From contig JBGFRX010000009.1 of the NCBI GenBank assembly GCA_041694885.1, positions 1-26,005 on the forward strand: a stretch of 26,005 nucleotides of DNA, in the 5' to 3' direction. Shown one piece after another: positions 8,181 to 16,575 of this stretch. A model generated the notes under the pieces. That model was not told the DNA's origin. It saw nothing but the letters and a program-made list of their open reading frames with translations, and did no database searches. The DNA comes from Candidatus Micrarchaeota archaeon (GTDB lineage Archaea > Micrarchaeota > Micrarchaeia > Anstonellales > Bilamarchaeaceae). How positions within the stretch are numbered: the stretch's first letter is position 1; each line of letters starts with the position of its first letter. Made by a program: the position numbers and the translations under genes.

Positions 8181-9905
8181 CTATTTCTTTCCCTTCATCA
8201 GCTCGTACATCTCGATAACTTCCTGCGTGGTCGTGCCCTCCTTCGCATCCTTGTCCATGCGCAGGCGCATCATTCTCGGGAAGCGGAGCGCATAGCCCCT
8301 TTCGTCTTTCATACCGCACCTGTGCGTAGGGCTCAAAGTGATGTCGTCAAACGCGATTTCTGCGACGTATTTCGGCTGCACCCAGAAGTCTGGCTTTATT
8401 TTCCAGTCCAGATCCGCAGCCGGCTCTTTCGTCCTTATTTCGGAAAGCATCTCCTGCAGGTTTTTCATCTCCTCCTCGCTGTAGCCGGAGCCCACTTTCG
8501 CGACCGTCTCAAGTTTCCCGCGCTCCGGGTTGTACACGGCAACGAGCAATCCACCGAATTCGAATTCAGCGCGCGCCCCTCTTCCCAAAAAATAGCCCAC
8601 AATAACAGCGTCAACACTATCAACGGCTTTTCCGTAGCTCTTTTTCAGTTTTATCCATGCGAACTTTCTTGCGCCTGCGACATAGGGCGCATCCAGGTCC
8701 TTTGCCATTATTCCCTCGAGCCCTTTTTCCAGGGCTTCGGAAAATATTCCCTCTATCTCTTCTGCGCTTTTCGCAATCTTTTTTTCTGAAATTTTCAAAA
8801 TACCCACGGGAAATACTTTTTCCATTGCCTTCCTTCTTTCGGAATATTTTTCCTGTGTATAGTCCTTTCCATTCGTGTACATGAGATCGAAAACATAGAC
8901 GTAAAGGGGGTATTCCTTCGCGCTCTCGCTTATCCCGTATTTCCTTCTCCTGTGCATGGTTTCCTGGAAGGAGTAGAAACGGTTCTTCTTTTCGTTGAAA
9001 GCAAGCGCCTCGCCTTCGAAGATTATTTCATCGCTTTTCAGCCGGCGCACCGCTTCTATTACATCAGGATACATGAACGTAATCTTCTCCAGTTTGCGCG
9101 AATAAATCTCCACATGGTTTCCCTTTTTGTGAATCTGCATCCTGAACCCGTCGAATTTGAATTCCACTGCGCATTTGCCTATTTTTCCCATTATGTTCTC
9201 GGGAGTGGCGAGGCGCTCCGCAAGCGCTGGCCTTATGGGCTTGAAAATTTCGATTTCGAAGTCCTTTATTTTCCCGGCCGCTTCGATAAATGTTTTCGCA
9301 ACTAAACCCAAATCAGAGCATAGGTTATACGCCCTCTCCAATTCATTCCTCAAACGTTTGTCCCCCGCCTTTGCGATTGAAAGCGAATCGAGAATTGTGG
9401 GATCTCCGATTCCGAGGCGCAATTGACCTGCCACGAACCGCACTATGAATTTGCCTTCAGAAGGAGAAGCGTTGTTCAAGAGTTCTGCAAGAAGCTTTAT
9501 CTTCAGTCCCTGGCTTCCTGTCCCTCCTGCTTTCGCTATTTTCACCATCGTATCGTAGATGTAAGATGCGTCCATCTCTTTTGCGGCAAGCGCCTGTTGC
9601 CTTTTCCTTTTCAGAAACGATTCGACCACGAGCCCCAAATCTCCTGATTTCTTGTATTCCTTCTCCACTTCTTTCATGGAATAGCCGGTCGAACTTGCGA
9701 TCGCCTGCATCGCAAAGCGCTCGCCCATCCCCAAGTCGATACCTGCGTAAGGAGGTGCAAGAATCCCTTCTATAAGATAAGTTATTTTTTTCGCTTCCCC
9801 GGGCTCTGCTGATTTGTAGATGTTTGCGAGCAGACCGGACATTTCGAGCCGGCCGCTCTTCTTCTCTATCTCTTCGAACGCCGAGGCAAGTTCGCGGAAA
9901 AGCAT
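8181..9905 (-). CDS. lig: ATP-dependent DNA ligase
   Basis: EFKFDGFR (motif I), FEGE, YVFD, EGIMAK, WIKLK, ALRFPR; N-terminal DNA-binding domain; start at MLFRE. Confidence 0.97.
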   Translation of the reverse strand: MLFRELASAFEEIEKKSGRLEMSGLLANIYKSAEPGEAKKITYLIEGILAPPYAGIDLGMGERFAMQAIASSTGYSMKEVEKEYKKSGDLGLVVESFLKRKRQQALAAKEMDASYIYDTMVKIAKAGGTGSQGLKIKLLAELLNNASPSEGKFIVRFVAGQLRLGIGDPTILDSLSIAKAGDKRLRNELERAYNLCSDLGLVAKTFIEAAGKIKDFEIEIFKPIRPALAERLATPENIMGKIGKCAVEFKFDGFRMQIHKKGNHVEIYSRKLEKITFMYPDVIEAVRRLKSDEIIFEGEALAFNEKKNRFYSFQETMHRRRKYGISESAKEYPLYVYVFDLMYTNGKDYTQEKYSERRKAMEKVFPVGILKISEKKIAKSAEEIEGIFSEALEKGLEGIMAKDLDAPYVAGARKFAWIKLKKSYGKAVDSVDAVIVGYFLGRGARAEFEFGGLLVAVYNPERGKLETVAKVGSGYSEEEMKNLQEMLSEIRTKEPAADLDWKIKPDFWVQPKYVAEIAFDDITLSPTHRCGMKDERGYALRFPRMMRLRMDKDAKEGTTTQEVIEMYELMKGKK

Positions 9906-10069
9906 GAGCGGGATTCGCCGCAAGAGTTTATAATTCCCCCATCTTACGTCAGTAGATGGTTGTTTGTCCTGGGTTTCCAGCAGCCGATATTCTTTTCTTT
10001 CGGTTTATTTTCGACCCCAAATGAAGAATATAGAGTTAAAAATCAAAAGCGCAAATAATTCCGTATTAT

Positions 10070-10214
10070 AGCCCCATCGTCTAGCGGTCAAGGATAGCGG
10101 GCTTTGGGCTGTTTTCGGTCTTGTGTCTCGGGTTCCGCACAACGCGAAACCGGAAACGGAAAACCGGGAACAGGCAGTTACCCGTTGGCATCGGTTCGAA
10201 TCCGATTGGGGCTA
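10070..10214 (+). tRNA. tRNA-Gln(UUG) with 72-nt intron at position 37/38 (10108-10179)
   Basis: Acceptor stem AGCCCCA/TGGGGCT (A1-U72 typical of archaeal tRNA-Gln), anticodon arm GCGGG-CTTTGG^A-CCCGT, TTCGAAT T-loop, relaxed bulge-helix-bulge; no encoded CCA. Confidence 0.93.
10111..10174. repeat. Inverted arrays of degenerate heptamer repeats forming the tRNA intron hairpin
   Basis: GTTTTCG GTCTTGT GTCTCGG GTTCCGC AC AACGCGA AACCGGA AACGGAA AACCGGG AACAGG. Confidence 0.8.
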
Positions 10215-10219
10215 AGGCA

Positions 10220-10227
10220 TTTTTTTT
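10220..10227 (+). terminator. Oligo-T terminator after tRNA-Gln
   Basis: Run of about 8 T immediately downstream of the tRNA 3' end. Confidence 0.55.
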
Positions 10228-10264
10228 ATTACGGAACTCTGAACTTAAAACCCGGATTTCGGTT

Positions 10265-10336
10265 AGCCCCAGAAGGGAATCGAACCCCTGACTTCCTGTT
10301 TACGAAACAGGCGCTCTACCGCTGAGCTACTGAGGC
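10265..10336 (-). tRNA. tRNA-Thr(CGU), intronless
   Basis: GCCTCAGTAGCTCAGCGGTAGAGCG-CCTGT-TTCGTAA-ACAGG-AAGTC-AGGGGTTCGATTCCCT-TCTGGGGC-T cloverleaf. Confidence 0.96.
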
Positions 10337-10348
10337 GCATAATGACGT

Positions 10349-10404
10349 GTTGGCCGTTTGGAGTTTCGCGTCTTGCGCTTTGAAATCACAAAACACGAAA
10401 TGTG
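10349..10404. repeat. Degenerate heptamer arrays in inverted arrangement upstream of tRNA-Thr
   Basis: GTTGGCC GTTTGGA GTTTCGC GTCTTGC GCTTTGA AATCACA AAACACG AAATGTG. Confidence 0.55.
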
Positions 10405-10468
10405 GACAATTATTTCCTGCCCTCATATTTTATATATGTATATTGTTTATTTGTTTGCGGTGGTTTTC

Positions 10469-10915
10469 ATGAAAGGGCAGGGCTCTACTGAATATCTTGT
10501 CATTCTGGCAGTGGTGCTGATCGTCGCATTGCTCGTCATCGGACTTCTTGGGCAATTCACCGGCTTCGGAACTGGCGCGCTTGAGCAGCAGAGCAAGGCA
10601 TACTGGCAGGCAGCATCCCCATTCTCCATCCAGAACATAAAAGTCAGCGGGAACAGCGTGCAGATGGACGTAAAGAACCAGCTTTCCCAGCGCGTGAATC
10701 TCACCAATGTTTCCTTCGACGCGGTGGACATAAGAGCAACGTCCGCATTTTTCGCCCCTGGCCAGACGGCGACAGTGAGCGGCACTGTAAGCGGATTCAA
10801 CTGCAGCGCAGGTCAGCCGTTCGAATTCACCACGGTGAAATTCACTTACAACCAGGGCGGCATCTCCGCACTCATCCAAACAGGGGACAAGGCGCTCGTG
10901 GGCAAGTGCTCGTAG
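10469..10915 (+). CDS. Class III signal peptide protein (type IV pilin-like)
   Basis: MKG|QGSTEYLVILAVVLIVALLVIG (Glu at +5, hydrophobic helix), beta-rich body with two Cys; TTTATATA upstream. Confidence 0.88.
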   Translation: MKGQGSTEYLVILAVVLIVALLVIGLLGQFTGFGTGALEQQSKAYWQAASPFSIQNIKVSGNSVQMDVKNQLSQRVNLTNVSFDAVDIRATSAFFAPGQTATVSGTVSGFNCSAGQPFEFTTVKFTYNQGGISALIQTGDKALVGKCS

Positions 10916-10975
10916 TTTTTCCTGAATTTTCCCTTAACGAGGAGTAAGAGTTTATAAGCTTGGAAAGAAAGCGGC

Positions 10976-11362
10976 TCAGGTTCTGATTTCTCCTATCAAT
11001 TTCGCTTTGTAGAATGTTGCGAGCGACTTCACCACTGCGATCAAAGTGAATGAAAAAGCAAGCACGAGCAGCACTTCGCTTTTATTCATCAGGTAAAGCA
11101 CGAATAGCAGAACAGGATAGGCGAACTGCCTTCCCATGTTTTCGAGCATCTCGAACTGGAAAAACAGAAGCTTTTTTTTCTCCTCGTACCTTATCGCATT
11201 TATTCCAGCCATCTGTCCAAGGAGCATGAGGAAAATGCCTGCAAATGCGAGCGAAACGCTCTGCGAAAGCAGGAATGCGTAGACGCCAAAGAAGACAAGT
11301 ATTTCGCCGAGCAGCGTGAACAGACCATCCAGGATTTTTAATATCCACAGCCGCGCAGTCAT
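10976..11362 (-). CDS. Hypothetical membrane protein (4 TM), overlapping the enolase stop
   Basis: Hydrophobic segments; ATGA overlap with eno. Confidence 0.7.
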   Translation of the reverse strand: MTARLWILKILDGLFTLLGEILVFFGVYAFLLSQSVSLAFAGIFLMLLGQMAGINAIRYEEKKKLLFFQFEMLENMGRQFAYPVLLFVLYLMNKSEVLLVLAFSFTLIAVVKSLATFYKAKLIGEIRT

Positions 11363-12597
11363 TGGAAAACCCGGGCGTTTTCAGTTTCCGGATTCTCCGC
11401 AATGCGCAGGAGCCGGTTGTATTTTGCAGTGCGCTCCGCGCGCGCAGGAGCCCCTGTCTTTATCTGCCCTGCCCCTATTCCAACTGCGAAATCGGCTATG
11501 AAACTGTCTTCAGTTTCTCCGGAGCGGTGGCTCACCACTATCCTTATTCCATTGCTTCTGCATATTTCAGCGACTTCGAGCGCCTCGCTCACAGTTCCTA
11601 TCTGGTTTATTTTCAAAAGCAGGGCGTTCACCGCCTTCTTTTCTATCGCCGTTTTCAGCCGCTTCGGATTAGTGACGAGCAAATCATCCCCGACTATCTG
11701 CACCTTCGTGCCTATTTTCTTCGTGATTTCAGCAAAAGTTCCAAAATCGTTCTCTTCGAACGGGTCCTCGATGGACAGTACTTTGTATTTCCCGGTCATT
11801 TCAGAATAGTAGCTGAGAAGCTCTCCGCTCTCCAATTTCCTTCCATCTATTGAATATTTTTTCCCATCGAAAAAGGAGCTCGCGGCAGCGTCTATCGCCA
11901 GCCCGATTTCCTTTCCATAGCCGGCTTCATCTATTGCAAGCGAGATTTCCTCCATCGCATCCAAGCAGCTTGAAATTGGAGGTGCGAATCCGCCTTCGTC
12001 GCCTACGTTCTTCGCTCCTGCGCCGTATTTTTTCACCAGCCGCTTTCCGAGGATGTGGTAAACCTCCGATGCCATCTGCAATGCTGAACTGAAGTCCTTC
12101 GCTCCTTTGGGGATTATCATGAATTCCTGTATCACAAGCGCGTTTCCCGCATGCTTCCCTCCGTTCAGGATGTTGAGCATCGGAACAGGCAGAATGTCTC
12201 CACCCAAATATTGGTATACGCTTTGCTTTTTCGAGCGCGCTGCAGCAGCCATGACGGCCATGGAGACCGCGACTATTGCGTTCGCGCCTAATTTGCCCTT
12301 ATTTTCGGTTCCATCCAGCTCAATCATTTTCGCATCTATTTTTTTCTGTCCGTAAACGCTTTCGCTCAAAAGCGCGGGCGCGATTATTTTATTTACATTC
12401 CAGATTGCCTTCAGGACCCCCTTGCCAAGAAACCTTTTCCCTCCGTCGCGCAACTCGCACGCTTCGTATTTCCCTGTGCTTGCTCCGCTCGGAGCAATTG
12501 CGCTCGCAACCGAAGCAGCAGTAACCACTTCTGCTTCCACTGTGGGATTTCCCCTCGAATCCAGCACTTCGCGCGCAAAAATCCTCTCTATTTTCAT
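11359..12597 (-). CDS. eno: Enolase (phosphopyruvate hydratase)
   Basis: LDSRGNPTVE, PSGASTG, GDEGGFAP, GDDLLVTN, SHRSGETED, KTGAPAR. Confidence 0.98.
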   Translation of the reverse strand: MKIERIFAREVLDSRGNPTVEAEVVTAASVASAIAPSGASTGKYEACELRDGGKRFLGKGVLKAIWNVNKIIAPALLSESVYGQKKIDAKMIELDGTENKGKLGANAIVAVSMAVMAAAARSKKQSVYQYLGGDILPVPMLNILNGGKHAGNALVIQEFMIIPKGAKDFSSALQMASEVYHILGKRLVKKYGAGAKNVGDEGGFAPPISSCLDAMEEISLAIDEAGYGKEIGLAIDAAASSFFDGKKYSIDGRKLESGELLSYYSEMTGKYKVLSIEDPFEENDFGTFAEITKKIGTKVQIVGDDLLVTNPKRLKTAIEKKAVNALLLKINQIGTVSEALEVAEICRSNGIRIVVSHRSGETEDSFIADFAVGIGAGQIKTGAPARAERTAKYNRLLRIAENPETENARVFQ

Positions 12598-12633
12598 TTC
12601 ATCATCCAGAACGCAGAACTCTTGATACTAAAC

Positions 12634-14322
12634 TTAATCATCTGCAGGCCAGCCATTGCGCGGCTGGCCTATCTCGTTCACCGTATCCAGGAGCATCTTC
12701 TGCATCTCCACTGGCTCCAAATTCTCGAGCGCCTTTATCGCGAACTCGAGCTTTGCCTCGCTTTCGGAATGTATGGTGAACAGCAGATCTCCTGCCTCGA
12801 CCCGGTCGCCCTTGAGCCGGCAGAGGTAAATGCCCGCTCCCTTGTCTCCCGGAGCGCCTGCGATCCTTGCGATCTTGGAAATCGTCTTGTTGTCCATGTG
12901 GCTTATCTTCCCCGCACGCTCCGCCTTCACTTCGTACTTGTATTGCCCTATCGGCATGTCGTCGCTCCTCACCCTGGGGTTTCCCCCCTGCAATTCGATT
13001 ATTTCCTTCATCTTCGCGAGCGCCTTGCCGCTGTCTATGAAATGCTCTGCGACCTCGTAGCCCTTTCTCTTCTCCACCTTTCCAGCGAGCTCGAGCAGTT
13101 TCCCGGATATTATCAGGCCCTTGTGCCTCAGATCCTCGGGCCCTGCCCCTTCGAGCACCTGAAGAACGTCGCGAGCCTCGAGCGCAGGGCCTATGCCATT
13201 CCCGACCGGCTCGCTTCCGTCCGTTATCAGCGCTTCGACATTCATATCAAGCATTTTCCCTATCTTCAGGAAATCCTGCGCGAGCTCCTGCGCCTCCTGC
13301 ATCGAGGATATCTTGGTGCCCCTTCCTATCGGTATGTCTATCGCAACATGCTGCGCACCCACGCTTTTCTTCTTGGCGAGGATGGAGGAAAGGAGCACTC
13401 CTTTCGGGTCCAAACTGAGGGGATTCCTTATCTTTATCAATTTGTCGTCAGCGCTCGCGAGGTTCAGGCCTCCGCCCCACACCATCGCGCCATAGGACTT
13501 GAGCACTATCTCCTTCAGCTCTTCGATTTTGAAATCCACTTTCGCAAGCACCTCCATCGTGTCCGCGGTCCCTGCGGAGCTGGTTATTGCCCTGCTCGAG
13601 GTCTTGGGGATGTATATTCCCGCTGCAGCGATTATGGGCACGGTTATCATGGTTGTACGATTGCCTGCAACGCCGCCCACGCAATGTTTGTCCGCAACCG
13701 GGCTTTTTCCCAGATCCAATTTATCTCCGCTCGCGACTATGCTATCTGTCAGGGAGACGATTTCGCTGTCGCTCAGGCCATTTATGTACATCCCAGAAAC
13801 CCACGCACCCAATTCGCCCTCGCTCAGGCGGTTGTTCATGAGGTCACTTATTATCGTCTCCACTTCCTTCTGCTCCAACTCTTTTTTATCCAGTTTTTTC
13901 CTTATGTACTCGAGCGATGCAGGGCGATTGAGGTGCACGATCTCCACTATGTCATTATCGCCTATTTCGAGCTCGTCGCTTACGTCCTTGAACACGCCTA
14001 TCTCACCTTGCTTCACCACATCGTCACCAGCTACATCCACCACGATCGCGAGCTCCTTTCCCCTGAACCGCACGATTTCCCTGTACCCAGCATAGATGTC
14101 ATTCTGTTGCGCCTCGCGCTTGTTGAGCACCACTATCTTTTTCCCAGTGTATATGTTGATCTTCCTCGCCTGCACGATGTATGGCCTTATACGCCACACG
14201 TCTACGTGCTTCCTCTCCTTTTCCACATAGACGATCTGCCCGGGCTTGTGGATGGTGTAGGTGCTATTTTTCCTGCTCCTATTTTCCGGTTTTCCGTTTC
14301 CGTCCTTCTTGTTTTTTGCCAT
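12634..14322 (-). CDS. deoA: AMP phosphorylase (thymidine phosphorylase family) with N-terminal extension
   Basis: DKHCVGGVAGNRTT, KTSSRAITSSAGTAD, IGPALEARD, ARIAGAPGDKGAG. Confidence 0.93.
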   Translation of the reverse strand: MAKNKKDGNGKPENRSRKNSTYTIHKPGQIVYVEKERKHVDVWRIRPYIVQARKINIYTGKKIVVLNKREAQQNDIYAGYREIVRFRGKELAIVVDVAGDDVVKQGEIGVFKDVSDELEIGDNDIVEIVHLNRPASLEYIRKKLDKKELEQKEVETIISDLMNNRLSEGELGAWVSGMYINGLSDSEIVSLTDSIVASGDKLDLGKSPVADKHCVGGVAGNRTTMITVPIIAAAGIYIPKTSSRAITSSAGTADTMEVLAKVDFKIEELKEIVLKSYGAMVWGGGLNLASADDKLIKIRNPLSLDPKGVLLSSILAKKKSVGAQHVAIDIPIGRGTKISSMQEAQELAQDFLKIGKMLDMNVEALITDGSEPVGNGIGPALEARDVLQVLEGAGPEDLRHKGLIISGKLLELAGKVEKRKGYEVAEHFIDSGKALAKMKEIIELQGGNPRVRSDDMPIGQYKYEVKAERAGKISHMDNKTISKIARIAGAPGDKGAGIYLCRLKGDRVEAGDLLFTIHSESEAKLEFAIKALENLEPVEMQKMLLDTVNEIGQPRNGWPADD

Positions 14323-14334
14323 GACGATCAATAG

Positions 14335-15273
14335 TTAAATCTCAGTTATCTGGAGACCGAGTCGCTGGGTCGCGATGCTCCACAGCGACTGCGGAGGTAT
14401 CACGCCTATTTCGGTAATGTAGCCATTGATATATCGGGCAGCGGTTGCATCGAACGCCGGGTTGCGAACCTTCACGTTCCGAGGCGCGCCTTCCCACACC
14501 TCCTCCCTATCCCTTTCCTCTATCTGCTCGCGATTGCCGTAAAGGGTGAGCGGATCGTACTTGTAGAGTTCTGCTGCGCTGTAGAAGCTCACGTCCTGCG
14601 CCCTTGCGATATGAGCAACTGTGGAAGTCCCGATCTTGTTTATGAGATCCCCCATAGAGGTTATCGCATCTGCGCCCACTATGCAAAGGTCTGCCTTCTT
14701 CATGAAGAGGTGCATCGCGCTGTCAACTGCAAGGGTGACTTTCACCCCGTAATCAGCGAGCTCTTTCGCAGTTGTTCTTCCCTGGAATTTCGGCCTTGTT
14801 TCGAGTGCGATAACTTCGAACTCCTTGCCTATGTCCCTTGCTCTTTTCATGACTCCGGTTACTGTGGAGCTGTGGCAGTGGGTAAGAACCACACCGCCAT
14901 GAGGGACCAATTTCGAGCCGTAATCGCATATCCTTTTCTGGTTGCCCTCCATTTCGTCGAAATAAGAAACGGCTTCCTTCACTATCGCCCTTTTAAGCAC
15001 GTTCACGTCCAAAGCAGGATGGGTCTTTATCTGCATGAGCGTGAACCTCACTGCGTCGCTTATCGCATTTCTCATCATGGGCTCAGTTGGCCGCGCGCCT
15101 GCGAGCCCATCGCCCACCTCGAGAAGTTCGGAATACAATTCGGACTTTGTTTTCGCCTTGGATTTCTGGGTCTGAATGATGAGCGCCTCTATCGCGCTTT
15201 TCGCAACGTTCCTCGCACCCTGCACTCTGAGCGCCTTTATATCTTTTATTATGCGCTCCACTTCGCGTTCCAT
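14335..15273 (-). CDS. e2b2: Ribose-1,5-bisphosphate isomerase (eIF2B-related)
   Basis: VQGARNVA, RPTEPMMRNA, LTHCHSS, ETRPKFQG, VGADAI, NKIGT, NPAFD; adjacent to AMP phosphorylase. Confidence 0.9.
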   Translation of the reverse strand: MEREVERIIKDIKALRVQGARNVAKSAIEALIIQTQKSKAKTKSELYSELLEVGDGLAGARPTEPMMRNAISDAVRFTLMQIKTHPALDVNVLKRAIVKEAVSYFDEMEGNQKRICDYGSKLVPHGGVVLTHCHSSTVTGVMKRARDIGKEFEVIALETRPKFQGRTTAKELADYGVKVTLAVDSAMHLFMKKADLCIVGADAITSMGDLINKIGTSTVAHIARAQDVSFYSAAELYKYDPLTLYGNREQIEERDREEVWEGAPRNVKVRNPAFDATAARYINGYITEIGVIPPQSLWSIATQRLGLQITEI

Positions 15274-15480
15274 CAGAACCACCACCTGAGCGTTTCCAGT
15301 TTTGCTGACAATCGCACTGCTTCGGATTTAGAATATGATGTGAACAATATAAACGTTTCTACTCTATTATGGAGAAAGAAATGCTTTTACCGCAAGCGCA
15401 ACTGCGAACGTGCCCATGAATTTCTTTCCTCACGTTTTTAATATTTTCTCGTGCATTTGTTTGCAGTACCGGTGAAGATT

Positions 15481-16563
15481 ATGCTGGAGGAGATAACACA
15501 AGTGATATTCGGGTTGCCTGGCGGCAGGATAACTGCTGCGCTTGCGCTGTTCGTGATTTTCTGTGCTGGGTTCTATGCAGTGTACAAAGCGCTCTTTTTT
15601 CTGCTGAGAAAAGCAGCTGAGCGGACTAGGATCGATTTTGGCGACGCGATGCTTGGGCGCATGGCCGATCCTGTGCGCTTCTTCGTTCTTTCTACCGGGG
15701 TGTTTCTTGCGCTCAGCTACACTTATCCTGAAATTTCGATCGGAAGCGCAGGGCTCGCCTCACTTTACACCCTCATGCTCATGCTTAACGGCGTATTTGC
15801 GCTCGACCGGTTTCTTTCAACTGCGCTGGACTGGTACAAGAAGGAACTTGGACATAAGACCGACTCGAAAATGGATAACGAGCTGGTTCTTATAGTGAAA
15901 AAAGCGGCGCGCATCGTAGTCTACACTCTCACGCTGCTTGTGGTACTCGGAAACCTCGGGATCGAGATAACCCCCTTTCTTGCAGGGCTGGGCATTGCCT
16001 CCCTTGCAGTTGCTCTCGCGCTCCAGGATTCGCTGGGCAATTTCTTCGCAGGAATGAACATAGCTGTGGACAGGCCGCTCAAAAAGGGCGACTTCATAAC
16101 TATCGATTCAGGAGCAGAAGGGATAGTGGAGGAAATCGGTTGGAGGAGCACCAAAATGACAACTCCGCAGAACAACCTCGTGATAATACCCAACACCAAA
16201 CTGGCGCAGAGCATAATAACGAATTACTCGCGGCCTGATGAAACGGTGAAGCATGGCGGAACAGTTTTGGTTCCGTACGATGAGGATGTTGAGCGCGTCT
16301 CAGAAGCGATAAAAAGGGCAATCGGCGAGGCAGCTGCAAAAAGCGCCAACCTGATCAGGAATTTCAAACCGGTGGTGTACCTCGAGTCGCTCGGCGACTC
16401 TTCCCTCAATTTCAGATTCACTTATGCGGTAAAAAGTTATTTTGTGCGCGCCGCTGCCCAAGACGAGGTGAACCGCGCCATATTCCGCAAATTCTGGAAA
16501 GAAAGGATAAAGATACATTTCTCAACAAAAACTGTTCATTCGCATCAGGCAAAAAGCAAGTGA
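15481..16563 (+). CDS. mscS: Small-conductance mechanosensitive channel (MscS family)
   Basis: GLGIASLAVALALQDSLGNFFAG, GDFI, GIVEEIGWRST, IIPN, ITNYS. Confidence 0.93.
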   Translation: MLEEITQVIFGLPGGRITAALALFVIFCAGFYAVYKALFFLLRKAAERTRIDFGDAMLGRMADPVRFFVLSTGVFLALSYTYPEISIGSAGLASLYTLMLMLNGVFALDRFLSTALDWYKKELGHKTDSKMDNELVLIVKKAARIVVYTLTLLVVLGNLGIEITPFLAGLGIASLAVALALQDSLGNFFAGMNIAVDRPLKKGDFITIDSGAEGIVEEIGWRSTKMTTPQNNLVIIPNTKLAQSIITNYSRPDETVKHGGTVLVPYDEDVERVSEAIKRAIGEAAAKSANLIRNFKPVVYLESLGDSSLNFRFTYAVKSYFVRAAAQDEVNRAIFRKFWKERIKIHFSTKTVHSHQAKSK

Positions 16564-16575
16564 AGGGAGCGCCCA

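Noticed and set aside
10070..10336. tRNA pair as an integration site for a provirus or island
   Set aside because: No integrase or viral genes in the window, and no duplicated tRNA 3' end found.
10111..10404. CRISPR array
   Set aside because: The repeats are contiguous degenerate 7-mers without spacers, and no cas genes are present.
12622..14334. 570-aa ORF antisense to AMP phosphorylase
   Set aside because: It is coextensive with a well-supported gene on the opposite strand, has an unnatural Leu/His/Arg-rich composition and no motifs. It looks like a codon-bias shadow, and similar shadows occur over e2b2, mvk, ftsZ, lig and pepA.
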